Assembly (NCBI GenBank): GCA_937864235.1
Contig: CALMJI010000018.1
Coordinates: 73,955 to 137,954 of the forward strand
Reading direction: 5' to 3'
DNA from: an uncultured bacterium
GTDB taxonomy: Bacteria; Patescibacteriota; Minisyncoccia; SW-4-49-11
Length of the DNA stretch: 64,000 nucleotides
The first letter of the stretch is position 1. Every line of letters starts with the position of its first letter. The position numbers were made by a program, and so were the translations under genes. Below the pieces are notes generated by a model. That model had not been told where the DNA came from and did not search any database. It was given only the letters and a program-made list of their open reading frames with translations. Of the stretch, positions 19,908-28,895 are shown piece after piece.

Positions 19908-22283
19908 CTACCTCCTCACAACAAATTTCCCAATATTCCAAAGCCCCGCCCCAACTGCAGCACCAAACAATCCATAAAAAATCCAATCAGCTACCAGCAC
20001 AGCCCAAGGTTTATGATAACCAAACTCACATTCCGAATTAGCAGGTAAAATAGAGGCTTGGATTAGCCCATCTTTCTCTGAATTAGACTCCACTATCTTG
20101 TCCCCATTACAAGTCCACTGGAATTGAGGTGAATAAATCTCCGCTACTCGAACTTTTTGCTTCTCAGCTCCAGTCTTCACAATAGGATTATAAGAAAATT
20201 CCTGAGTAATCCCCTCTCCTGAGATATAAGCCTTCACATCTTTTACTTCATAAATACTATACCCCTCTACAGTAGAAGTAATTCTATTCAAACCATCTCT
20301 TTTTTGTAATAAATAGCAACTAATAAGATTCTTGTCATTTTCTAATCTATCTTCGCAATAATCATCATAACCACTAAATACAATATATTTAACATTATAA
20401 TCTCTCAAAATTTTAGTCCAATCTTGAGCTGAATAATTCATCAAAACTTTATCAAATTCATTAAAATACCTCTGCCCTTCCGACATCACCCGAGTATGAT
20501 TCCAAGAGCCATCATCATCACGAGTCAAATCTAGAATCCTATATTCCATATTCGGATTTAGCTCATCTAGAATTTTTTTAGCTCGCTCTACCCCTTCCAT
20601 ATGATAATCCATCGACGGAATAGTACGAAAAGTATACATCTGCCCCGCCTGATACCTAACCGAGATCAGTACCAGAATCAAAGCCACAGCCCCAGCAAAG
20701 GCCGAACTCAATTTCCAAGCTCTAGACTTAAATTCATTCGCACTATAATACCAAATCACCCCTCCCAACACACTCACTCCCAGAGCAAATATCATCATAA
20801 ATCTACCTGGGGTTCTAAGTCCCCAAAAATAAGGAAAATACTCATTCAAAACTCTATACAACCAAGAATTGCTATAACCAAGAGCCAGATACCCAGCCAA
20901 TCCAGAGCCAAGCCAAAGAGCTAAAATATATTTATTCCTCTTCAACCAGAAAATCCCTCCCACAGCTAAAGAAACCCAAAACAGCCAAATCAGACGATTA
21001 TCCAAAGGCACCGACCGCAAATCATAACCAATTTCCTCAGATACAATCCCCTCTTTATTCTGTAAATAAAATAATTCCTCAAAAGTCGGAGAATAGTAAT
21101 CCTTCACAAAAGGCACAATTCTCTCTTCAGTCTGAGAGTCATCTAGAATTCCATCAGCCTGACGATAACCAAAGAAAGTAGGGACCAAAACATGCAAGCC
21201 CATCAGCCCCACCACCATCCAAACCGCTCCAAACAAAATCCCCCTGCGTAACAATTCCCTCTTGGATTCAATATTCACCAAAGCCATCCCAAGCATAATC
21301 ACCAGAAGTGGCAAAACATTAGTAAATACCAAAGTAATCCCTGACACCAAAGTTGCAAAAGCTACCAAAACCCCCAAGACAATAATTCTAAGAACATTCT
21401 CCCACCATTTCACTTCATTCCTATGAAGAATTCGCAGCCAAGCCAAGACAATCCAAGGGAGAAGACTATAAGCCACCCCGAACTCTATCACCCCACTCAA
21501 AACCGACAAAAAGAAAGGGTTTAGAGCATAGACTAAAGCCACCAAAATCTGCCCAGATATACCAGCAATTCTATTTTCTAATTTTGGCATAATAGCCCTA
21601 TACAAAACAATAGCCCCAATACCTGCAATAACAATACTATTGAATTGATGAATTTTAATCCCTAAGTACAAATCCCCAGCAATCCAACTCAAAAACTCTG
21701 TATCCAAAACCGCCCAATTACTAGTCAAGATATTCCAAGCCCGCCCAAACTGATAAAACCAACCCGAGCTAAACTGCTCCCAGACATCCGACAAAACCAC
21801 CATACCCCCCATATCCAAAAAGCTATTATGAGGAATCTCAGACTTTACAAAATACCTACCAGAAACCAATACTAAACCAGCTAAACCAAATCCAGCAATC
21901 CACATCCAATCTTTAATTTTAGACACCCATCTCACAACCCAAGACATAATCCCATCCAAAAAATTCTCCAACCAAGGCCAAGACAATTTATGATTACTCC
22001 AGATTTCACTAAAGACCATAATACACAACAGATAATACACATTCACCGCAAAAGCCTCAGCCAACTCGTCCAATTTTAGAGACAAAGCAATTGGAGTCAA
22101 AGTCAAAAGCCCCAAAGCCACATACCCAGCCGGACGATTATCTATCCGAAACAAAATCACCCCAGCCACATAAGCCCATAGTAAAGCCCCCCACACCTCA
22201 CCAAAAGACCAAAATAACAAAACAAATACCACCCCAACCACAGCAAGCCTCAACCAATCTAACCCCGAAATCTTAGATTTCAT
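19908..22283 (-). CDS. large polytopic membrane protein (YfhO/PMT-like putative glycosyltransferase or polymerase)
   Basis: 791 aa, more than 12 TM helices in the N-terminal 520 aa plus a soluble C-terminal domain; 3' end overlaps a short GC repeat module. Confidence 0.45.
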   Translation of the reverse strand: MKSKISGLDWLRLAVVGVVFVLLFWSFGEVWGALLWAYVAGVILFRIDNRPAGYVALGLLTLTPIALSLKLDELAEAFAVNVYYLLCIMVFSEIWSNHKLSWPWLENFLDGIMSWVVRWVSKIKDWMWIAGFGLAGLVLVSGRYFVKSEIPHNSFLDMGGMVVLSDVWEQFSSGWFYQFGRAWNILTSNWAVLDTEFLSWIAGDLYLGIKIHQFNSIVIAGIGAIVLYRAIMPKLENRIAGISGQILVALVYALNPFFLSVLSGVIEFGVAYSLLPWIVLAWLRILHRNEVKWWENVLRIIVLGVLVAFATLVSGITLVFTNVLPLLVIMLGMALVNIESKRELLRRGILFGAVWMVVGLMGLHVLVPTFFGYRQADGILDDSQTEERIVPFVKDYYSPTFEELFYLQNKEGIVSEEIGYDLRSVPLDNRLIWLFWVSLAVGGIFWLKRNKYILALWLGSGLAGYLALGYSNSWLYRVLNEYFPYFWGLRTPGRFMMIFALGVSVLGGVIWYYSANEFKSRAWKLSSAFAGAVALILVLISVRYQAGQMYTFRTIPSMDYHMEGVERAKKILDELNPNMEYRILDLTRDDDGSWNHTRVMSEGQRYFNEFDKVLMNYSAQDWTKILRDYNVKYIVFSGYDDYCEDRLENDKNLISCYLLQKRDGLNRITSTVEGYSIYEVKDVKAYISGEGITQEFSYNPIVKTGAEKQKVRVAEIYSPQFQWTCNGDKIVESNSEKDGLIQASILPANSECEFGYHKPWAVLVADWIFYGLFGAAVGAGLWNIGKFVVRR

Positions 22284-22414
22284 AACTTATACCATAAATT
22301 TTAATATTCTAATTATATCACAAACACCACACTATTCTCAATTCAAAAATATATATATCACCTATATTTTGATTTTACAAAATCATAATATTATGATATC
22401 ATCAATCCGTCATT

Positions 22415-23239
22415 TTGCACATTAATAAAATGTTATTCAAAATAGTGTCTCATTCAGTAGTCCAAATTCTAGAGTTTTACCTAAAATGCTCTTGGCTTGA
22501 ACCTACACCATATTCACGACAAGCAATTTATAAAGAAGCAGAAGCTTTTAAAAAGCTAAAACAATGCTCCCCATTTGCAATCCCATGGAATATGGAAATA
22601 AAGTTAGGACCATATATTTGTATCCTAACCCGAAATGCTGGGACTTCATTAGCCACTCTATTAGATTCATCACAAAGTGAAGAATATATCCACTATCTAG
22701 CAGATTTTCTAAGCAACCTAGAAAATTGGATTATAAGTACAAGCTATGAAGTGTCTATAGAATCTTTAACCATAAATCCTTGGTTAAAAACTAAAGAAAA
22801 AATAATATCTCTACTCAATGAAGGAGATAATCATCACTCATTACATCAAGTAAAAACAAACCTACAGACTCCCCCAACAGCAAGAGTATTTGAAGAACAC
22901 GGAGACCTAAACCTAGAGAACATTATGTTCAAGCAAGGCAAAATAACACTCATTGACCCTAGATTTGGAGTATACCCAATAGCATTTCCTTATCTCAAAA
23001 TGTTATATATGTGGACATTACTACATAGCGGGGCAGACTGCTCACACTTAGTCGTACAAAAGATATTAGAATCTATACAAAAGATGGGATTGTCCGAAGA
23101 GATAAAAGTTCTACTACCCACAACCCTACTCAGGATAAAATATCCTCAAATGATGGAGCCCAAATTCCATCATCTACTCAACCCTACAAAATCAGATGAA
23201 GTCATAGCAATATTAGACTTTATTTGGAGTAATCTATAA
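22415..23239 (+). CDS. phosphotransferase (APH/choline-kinase-like kinase fold)
   Basis: Catalytic loop HGDLNLENIM and IDPRFG metal-binding motif. Confidence 0.5.
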   Translation: MHINKMLFKIVSHSVVQILEFYLKCSWLEPTPYSRQAIYKEAEAFKKLKQCSPFAIPWNMEIKLGPYICILTRNAGTSLATLLDSSQSEEYIHYLADFLSNLENWIISTSYEVSIESLTINPWLKTKEKIISLLNEGDNHHSLHQVKTNLQTPPTARVFEEHGDLNLENIMFKQGKITLIDPRFGVYPIAFPYLKMLYMWTLLHSGADCSHLVVQKILESIQKMGLSEEIKVLLPTTLLRIKYPQMMEPKFHHLLNPTKSDEVIAILDFIWSNL

Positions 23240-23240
23240 A

Positions 23241-23267
23241 AGGAAGAAATTTTCTTCCTTTTTTTCT
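23241..23267 (+). terminator. rho-independent terminator
   Basis: AGGAAGA...TCTTCCT hairpin followed by a T7 run, directly after the stop codon. Confidence 0.6.
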
Positions 23268-23307
23268 TTTTATATGATAATCTACAGATAATATTTATAC
23301 ACTATAT

Positions 23308-23949
23308 ATGAATCAATATAATCTCAGAATTTTATTCATCAGGCATGCAGAAAGCCAAGCCAATACCACCCCAGATATAATAGTAGGCAGACAAGCAGAA
23401 TCCCCACTAACAGAATTAGGAGAACAACAAGCACAATTACTAAGACATAGATTAGAAGAAATCTCTGATCCATATATATACACCTCAAATCTAATCAGAT
23501 CTCAAGCCACCACGACACTAGCCATAGCCCCAGATTTGCATCACAAAATCAAAATAATACCTCAGCTACAAGAATTCACCAATGGAGACTGGGATGGGAA
23601 ATCTCGTAAAGAAATCTACACCCCCCAACAATTAAACCAAATCAATACAGCAGGATACCTATTCATACCACCAAATGGAGAATCCCAAAGAATGGTACAA
23701 AGAAGAGCCTCTAATTGGCTAGAAGATGAAATACTATACAATCCAGAATTCCAAGGAACCCAAGAAAAAACAATTTTAATCTTTTCACATGGACTAGTAA
23801 TCAAAAGCCTACTCCACTATATATTAGGATTCTCAGATAGATATATATATCGTTTTAAATTAGTCAATACTGGAATATGTGAATTCAAATACACAGAAGA
23901 AGGCTGGTTCCCTATAGCTATCAATGATACAAAACATCTAGTAAAATAA
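23308..23949 (+). CDS. histidine phosphatase family protein (phosphoglycerate-mutase-like)
   Basis: RHAESQAN catalytic RHG-type motif at the N-terminus. Confidence 0.75.
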   Translation: MNQYNLRILFIRHAESQANTTPDIIVGRQAESPLTELGEQQAQLLRHRLEEISDPYIYTSNLIRSQATTTLAIAPDLHHKIKIIPQLQEFTNGDWDGKSRKEIYTPQQLNQINTAGYLFIPPNGESQRMVQRRASNWLEDEILYNPEFQGTQEKTILIFSHGLVIKSLLHYILGFSDRYIYRFKLVNTGICEFKYTEEGWFPIAINDTKHLVK

Positions 23950-24009
23950 TCCACCTCCCCACAAAATATGCTATAATAAACACATACCAATTAATCCTAA
24001 ATTAATATT

Positions 24010-24327
24010 ATGCTACTCACAACCACATCCCAAATCTCAGGAAAAGAAATCACAGAGTATAAAGGAATAGTCAACGGCGAAGTCATCCTAGGAGCCAACG
24101 TCTTCCGAGACATTATGGCCTCAATCAGAGACTTCATCGGAGGGAGGTCAGCCGCCTATGAAGAAGTACTCAAAAAAGCCAAAGAAGAAGCCTTTCAAGA
24201 AATACAACAAGAAGCCAAAAAACTCGGAGCCAATGCCATAATCGGAATCGATATAGACTATGAAATGATCGGAACCGGAATGCTCATGGTAGCCGTCAGC
24301 GGAACCGCCGTCGTAACCAAAGAGTAA
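24010..24327 (+). CDS. YbjQ/UPF0145 family protein
   Basis: 105 aa; [11 protein letters not shown]...[13 protein letters not shown] signature. Confidence 0.8.
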   Translation: MLLTTTSQISGKEITEYKGIVNGEVILGANVFRDIMASIRDFIGGRSAAYEEVLKKAKEEAFQEIQQEAKKLGANAIIGIDIDYEMIGTGMLMVAVSGTAVVTKE

Positions 24328-24338
24328 TCTCAACTGAT

Positions 24339-24611
24339 AAATTCCCCTCTCGAGAGATAGCAGGCTTTGCCTGACGGGGTGGAGTATTTCTGTACTTCAC
24401 CTTTCTGTCTCCCTTTGGAGGGAGTACCCGTAATAGACTGAAAGTCTGGGAAAGGGGTCGGGAAAACGGCAGTTTTCCCGTGGAGGAAGGCTGGGAAACC
24501 GTGAGGTTTCACAAGAGCAAATCTCATTTGCGACGGGGGAGGGTGGATAAAACACAAACTAAAACTCTATCCACCTCCGGCACTCTGTGCCACCTCCTCC
24601 AAAGGAGGACA
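24339..24611. repeat. GC-rich modular intergenic repeat (includes GCAAATctcATTTGC hairpin module)
   Basis: Shares modules with 25248-25492, 37190-37300 (inverted) and 60200-60290. Confidence 0.8.
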
Positions 24612-24736
24612 ATTACTATCCAATTTACTGTTATTAGTCTAGTAATGTATATAATCCCTTTTGTCGACGATTACCTCATCTCGCACATAAACTTGACAAA
24701 ATATTAAGTTTAAGTTAATATTGAGATACAAATTGC

Positions 24737-24780
24737 CACTCGGCACGACCCTTATTAGGAATATTTCCCGATAAGGGGTT
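24737..24780 (+). terminator. rho-independent terminator (plus-strand orientation) abutting the 3' end of the mazF-like gene
   Basis: CCCTTAT...ATAAGGGG hairpin followed by TTATTTTTTTAT. Confidence 0.45.
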
Positions 24781-25186
24781 ATTTTTTTATAAATATATCT
24801 AAAAAGGCCTGCTTCACTATATCAAAATCCTGAGGAGACATAATACCTTTTCTATAATGTAATCGTTTAGCATCTAAAACTCTCATCTGAGATATTAATG
24901 CTGAATATTGCTTCCCTTTATATATGAACGGAATATAAAATTGATTATTTGGTTTTATTTTAGTACTGGTTGGAATAGCAAAAAATAGTTTTTGATTAAA
25001 TTTGTGCAACACAATAACTGGTCTATGGAAATTAGAATTTCTTCCACTCATTTCAAAACCCACATTCTCACCTAAATAACTCATCCAAATTTCTCTTTCT
25101 CTAAAAGCTGGCAATTTAGCAGATGATATATCTATTTTCTCTTTTAATCCAATCCACTCCTGAAATCTTTTTATAAACTTTTGCAT
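24779..25186 (-). CDS. MazF/PemK-family endoribonuclease toxin-like protein (copy 1)
   Basis: REIWMSYLGENVGFEMSGRNSNFHRPVIVL...AIPTSTKIK...ISQMRVLDAKRL matches the MazF/Kid/EndoA fold signature. Confidence 0.65.
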   Translation of the reverse strand: MQKFIKRFQEWIGLKEKIDISSAKLPAFREREIWMSYLGENVGFEMSGRNSNFHRPVIVLHKFNQKLFFAIPTSTKIKPNNQFYIPFIYKGKQYSALISQMRVLDAKRLHYRKGIMSPQDFDIVKQAFLDIFIKK

Positions 25187-25250
25187 ATTATATTTTTGAT
25201 TATTATTTACCTAGTATATACCCAAAACTTTATTAAAGCAAAAGTTTCTG
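25187..25250 (-). promoter_or_regulatory. conserved promoter/5' leader module (TTGCTT-17-TATACT ... TATAAT-ATG) shared by three toxin genes
   Basis: About 60 nt nearly identical at 25187-25250, 25983-26045 and 28833-28895, continuing into the first codons ATGCAAAAgTTT. Confidence 0.55.
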
Positions 25251-25492
25251 TCCACACCCACCGCTATGCGGCCCACTCGCCGGCGAGGGACAGTTTTTTG
25301 GGGGGCTCGGCGGTAACTTTGTCCTCCCTTCGGAGGGAGTACCCGTAGGGTGAGGGTGGATGGGCTATTTTTGTCCTCCCTTGGGGGAGGTGGCCGTCAG
25401 GCCGGAGGAGGACAGGAGCAAATCTCATTTGCGACGACGGAGTGAGGACTTGCTCACTGCCCTTTTACGATAAAAGGCATACCCAAGATAGT
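25248..25492. repeat. GC-rich modular intergenic repeat
   Basis: Modules CTCCCT-tcgg-AGGGAG, GCAAATctcATTTGC and CCTTTTAcgaTAAAAGG-catacccaagatag. Confidence 0.8.
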
Positions 25493-25583
25493 AAATCTAA
25501 ACTTGACAATCAATACTATATATTGTAATATAGTTACATATTTGGGATTGTCCCACGTACCTCTCCTCGGAGAGGACTATTTT

Positions 25584-25982
25584 TTATCTATAGAGATTAG
25601 AAAATCCCTTTTTTATATCAAAAAAGTCCTTATTATCTAAATCACCCATATAGGTTGTTAGTCTTCTAAAATCTATTGTCCTTGCTTGAGCTAAATTTAC
25701 AACTTGGGCTCTGCCCCGATGAGTAAATGAAACATACCAAGAGCCCTCTTTTATTTTTGTAGAACAAGGTAAGACCATAAACTGATATCTACTTAGTTTT
25801 TTCAAAATTACAACTGGTCTAGTAAAACTATCGTTTTTACCACTAACCTCAGTACCTATGTTTTCTCCCACACTACACCACCAAATCTGCCCCTCCTTAG
25901 TAAAGGGAGGTTTGCTATTAGATTGATCTAATTTAGGCTTTATAGCTAACCACTCCTGAAATCTTTTTATAAACTTTTGCAT
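25584..25982 (-). CDS. MazF/PemK-family endoribonuclease toxin-like protein (copy 2, paralog)
   Basis: Identical first 11 aa (MQKFIKRFQEW) to copy 1; GQIWWCSVGENIGTEVSGKNDSFTRPVVIL...LPCSTKIK...AQARTIDFRRL. Confidence 0.65.
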   Translation of the reverse strand: MQKFIKRFQEWLAIKPKLDQSNSKPPFTKEGQIWWCSVGENIGTEVSGKNDSFTRPVVILKKLSRYQFMVLPCSTKIKEGSWYVSFTHRGRAQVVNLAQARTIDFRRLTTYMGDLDNKDFFDIKKGFSNLYR

Positions 25983-26045
25983 ATTATATTTTTGATTCTT
26001 ATCTATCTAGTATATCCTAAATATTTTAGTAAAGCAAAAGCTTCT
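25983..26045 (-). promoter_or_regulatory. conserved promoter/5' leader module (copy 2)
   Basis: See 25187-25250. Confidence 0.55.
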
Positions 26046-26192
26046 GTCCTTCGCCCTTTTGTCCCCCTTCGGAGGGGGTGCCTGCAAGGTGGGGGTGGCT
26101 TGTATTCTGACCCTCACTGCCCTTCTGTCCCTCGCTTTTTAATCCGCCTTGGGAGGAAGCGAGGGTGGCACGGAGTGCCGGGTGTGGACTGT
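26044..26192. repeat. GC-rich modular intergenic repeat
   Basis: CCCCCT-tcgg-AGGGGG, aatccgccttgggaggaagcgaggg and GGCAC-gga-GTGCC modules. Confidence 0.8.
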
Positions 26193-26220
26193 ATTTTTCT
26201 TTCCTATCTACAAACCTAAT

Positions 26221-27291
26221 TCACCCAATACTTTGAAAATAATTATTCACAGCAAATTCATATTGCTCTATGAATATCTTTTTGAAATAAGTAATATTAT
26301 TAGTCTCATAAAATAATATACTAGCCTTTTTATACTCAGCCTCAGATACCCCTCTATAAGACAATGGCGTATAATCATAAGCAATCAACATAGCATTAGA
26401 TACAAGTCTAGCAGTCCTTTTATTCCCATCCTCAAAACCCTGTATATATGACAATAAAATTAAGCTGAAAAACGCCTTCTCAAACACATTAGAAGTCCCA
26501 TTCACCAATTTTACCATAGACTTTATAGCCTCCTCAATATGAAACATATTATCTATTGGCCTATAATTAGTCCCCACAATACCAACTGGAGACTTTCTCA
26601 AATTATGAGTAATATTCAAATTTTTAACCAAAATCTGATGAGCTTTTTCAATAAAAGCCTGCTTCAAAACTTTAAAACTCTTTTTATGAGCTATCACAAA
26701 ATCAAAAGCCTCCTTATGATTAAGAATCATTTGAGTCTCCTCCTGACTTTTACCAACCGCACTTTGATGATTGACAATCAAAGACTCCGTATCCAAAAGA
26801 GAATAAGTGTTTCCCTCAATCTGAGAAGATTTCCAAGCAAACTCAATAATTATCCTTTCAAACTCCTTATGCTTAATCACCTCACTATCTATACCCTCCA
26901 GATTACTAACAAAAGTTTTATGCAAACTCTCCAAATAACTCATTTCCTCCTCCGTAAAAACTGAAGTCTCCGCCAAAAGTTTAAAAATATCAAAATTAAA
27001 TTTACTACTAACTATCCTCTCATCCTGAGGAATAGCAAAATACTTCTCCACATCTACAGGCCTCAAAATAGCATAGCTAGGAGACAAATGATACTCCACA
27101 CCGCGACCAGCACCAGTCTGTACCAAATACCCAAGATCACATAATAATTGCAAATCCCTGACAATAGTCACACGAGAAACCTCCTCAGCCAAAAACCCCA
27201 TTATATCCAAAACCGCCCCACTACCATGAGACTCAAAAAACTCCATAACTCTAAGCTGGCGAACATTAAGCACAATATTATCCTGCTTCAT
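26221..27291 (-). CDS. Fic/DOC family protein with N-terminal wHTH, inhibitory-helix-like SxxxEGN motif and degenerate Fic motif
   Basis: QGFEDGNKRTAR in place of canonical HPFx(D/E)GNGRxxR (His to Gln); SSQIEGNTYS upstream resembles the class II inhibitory motif. Confidence 0.65.
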   Translation of the reverse strand: MKQDNIVLNVRQLRVMEFFESHGSGAVLDIMGFLAEEVSRVTIVRDLQLLCDLGYLVQTGAGRGVEYHLSPSYAILRPVDVEKYFAIPQDERIVSSKFNFDIFKLLAETSVFTEEEMSYLESLHKTFVSNLEGIDSEVIKHKEFERIIIEFAWKSSQIEGNTYSLLDTESLIVNHQSAVGKSQEETQMILNHKEAFDFVIAHKKSFKVLKQAFIEKAHQILVKNLNITHNLRKSPVGIVGTNYRPIDNMFHIEEAIKSMVKLVNGTSNVFEKAFFSLILLSYIQGFEDGNKRTARLVSNAMLIAYDYTPLSYRGVSEAEYKKASILFYETNNITYFKKIFIEQYEFAVNNYFQSIG

Positions 27292-27374
27292 ATAAAATAA
27301 TTAAATCATTAATTCAATCTAATTGTATCATAAATGATACAATTAAGCAATTGCAGTGATATAATTAAATATCG

Positions 27375-27680
27375 TCATCTCCACCCTTCGTAGGGGCGAC
27401 CTCTCAGTCGCCTGTATTTTGTACTAAATTCCCCTCTCCTCCCAAGGCGGATTTCATTGAGGGGTGGACAGCTTCGCTGGACGGGGTGGAGTGTATTTTT
27501 GTCCCCCTTTGGAGGGGGTACCTGCAAGGTGGGGGTGGATTGTATTCTGCCCCTCACTGCCCTTTTGTCCCTCGTTTTTTAATCCGCCTTGGGAGGAGGC
27601 GAGGGTGGCACGGAGTGCCGGGTGTGGACTGAGCTTCCCTCCCCTTTTACGATAAAAGGCATACCCAAGATAGTAAATCT
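27375..27680. repeat. GC-rich modular intergenic repeat (largest mosaic copy)
   Basis: Contains nearly all modules seen elsewhere, including a nested insertion of the aatccgccttgggaggag module inside the CCCCTC...GAGGGG hairpin. Confidence 0.85.
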
Positions 27681-27810
27681 AATTTTGACAAAATCAAACA
27701 ATAGAGTTATTATTATTATATATTCGGCATTAGCCGCGACCCTCTTGAAATATAGAGGGGTTATAAATAGGTAGACTAAGAGATCCTGGGCTACCTATTT
27801 TATATTATAA

Positions 27811-27990
27811 CTACTTACCCTCTGATTTAGCTTGTTTTTCCTTCATCATCTGCTCATATTTTCTAAGCATACGATTCTGATCCTCTGAAGATTGTTCAAC
27901 AGCTTTATATACAGCTCTTCTTTGGTTCTCCTCACTAAATAGTTCCATTAGGTATTCTCTATTCCTTTGCTCTTCTTTTACCTTGTCCAT
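27811..27990 (-). CDS. small charged helical protein downstream of the zeta-like gene (possible antitoxin or partner)
   Basis: 59-aa ORF (MDKVKEEQRNREYLMELFSEENQRRAVYKAVEQ...) translated by me and absent from the supplied track; start lies 21 nt after the zeta-like stop; analogous to the small ORF at 37417-37623. Confidence 0.3.
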   Translation of the reverse strand: MDKVKEEQRNREYLMELFSEENQRRAVYKAVEQSSEDQNRMLRKYEQMMKEKQAKSEGK

Positions 27991-28010
27991 ACTTGTTATA
28001 TTAATTATAC

Positions 28011-28832
28011 CTATCTTATATCATCTATTAGATTTTGTAAAGTGTCAGGAGTATATACTTTGATCAACCCATCTGACTTACAACCCTCTAAATAACTCTC
28101 CACATTTTGAATATTATATTCATATTTTTTAATTTTATTATCATCTGACTTTATTACAATATTGACATTCACTCTGTCTTCAAAATCTTCTTTAACTCTA
28201 ATAATATTTTGTTGGGATTGAAAAAACTGATCTATAAACTTATCTTTTAGAATGTTCCTCCCTTCTGTATATTCTCTAGCTACCGTAAATCTCCAAGCTA
28301 CAATAGGATCAAGATAAAGATAATATATATTTATAATTCTATTCTGTTTCAAAGACTTAGTAATTAACTTTTTCATAGTAGAGTAATTACTAAAAGTTCC
28401 ATCATGCAAAAAAGAAATATCATTTTTAAAACAATAATCTCTAATAATATCCAAGCCCTTGTTCGCAGCCTTCTGCACCACCTCAGCATTTCCCTTAATA
28501 TTATTATCCAAATCCGTCACACTATATTGAGGGATAAAAGTTCTAATCTCATCCACATCAATATGAATAAAAGGCATCTTCACATTAGAAGCAATCCCAT
28601 CTGAATTGAAGTCAATATTCAATTTTCCTTCAAAAATAGCCGGAATATATCTCCTCACAAATTCAGTTTTACCAGCTCCGGGGGAGCCAGCCATAAATAA
28701 AGAAATTCCACCCCCTATAGCCAAAGGATTATATCTTTTTACAAAATGATTTATCAGAGAATCTTTATTATCTAACACAAAGTCCAAAGCCTCTTGCTCC
28801 AACTCTAATTTTCTTTGACTAAAATTTTGCAT
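28011..28832 (-). CDS. zeta-toxin-like P-loop kinase (PF06414-like)
   Basis: Walker A FMAGSPGAGKTE, about 270 aa, zeta/PezT-like layout. Confidence 0.65.
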   Translation of the reverse strand: MQNFSQRKLELEQEALDFVLDNKDSLINHFVKRYNPLAIGGGISLFMAGSPGAGKTEFVRRYIPAIFEGKLNIDFNSDGIASNVKMPFIHIDVDEIRTFIPQYSVTDLDNNIKGNAEVVQKAANKGLDIIRDYCFKNDISFLHDGTFSNYSTMKKLITKSLKQNRIINIYYLYLDPIVAWRFTVAREYTEGRNILKDKFIDQFFQSQQNIIRVKEDFEDRVNVNIVIKSDDNKIKKYEYNIQNVESYLEGCKSDGLIKVYTPDTLQNLIDDIR

Positions 28833-28895
28833 ATTATATTTTTGATTCTTATCTATCTAGTATATCCTAAATATTTTAGTAAAGCAAAAACTCCT
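28833..28895 (-). promoter_or_regulatory. conserved promoter/5' leader module (copy 3, on the zeta-like gene)
   Basis: See 25187-25250. Confidence 0.55.

Noticed and set aside
25245-25583. Type III toxin-antitoxin (ToxIN-like) with the repeat as RNA antitoxin for the MazF-like (Kid-fold) genes
   Set aside because: The repeats are not short tandem direct repeats of one unit, are not specific to the toxin loci, and a terminator between repeat and toxin in the ToxI arrangement is not evident on the correct strand. This is kept only as a remote possibility.
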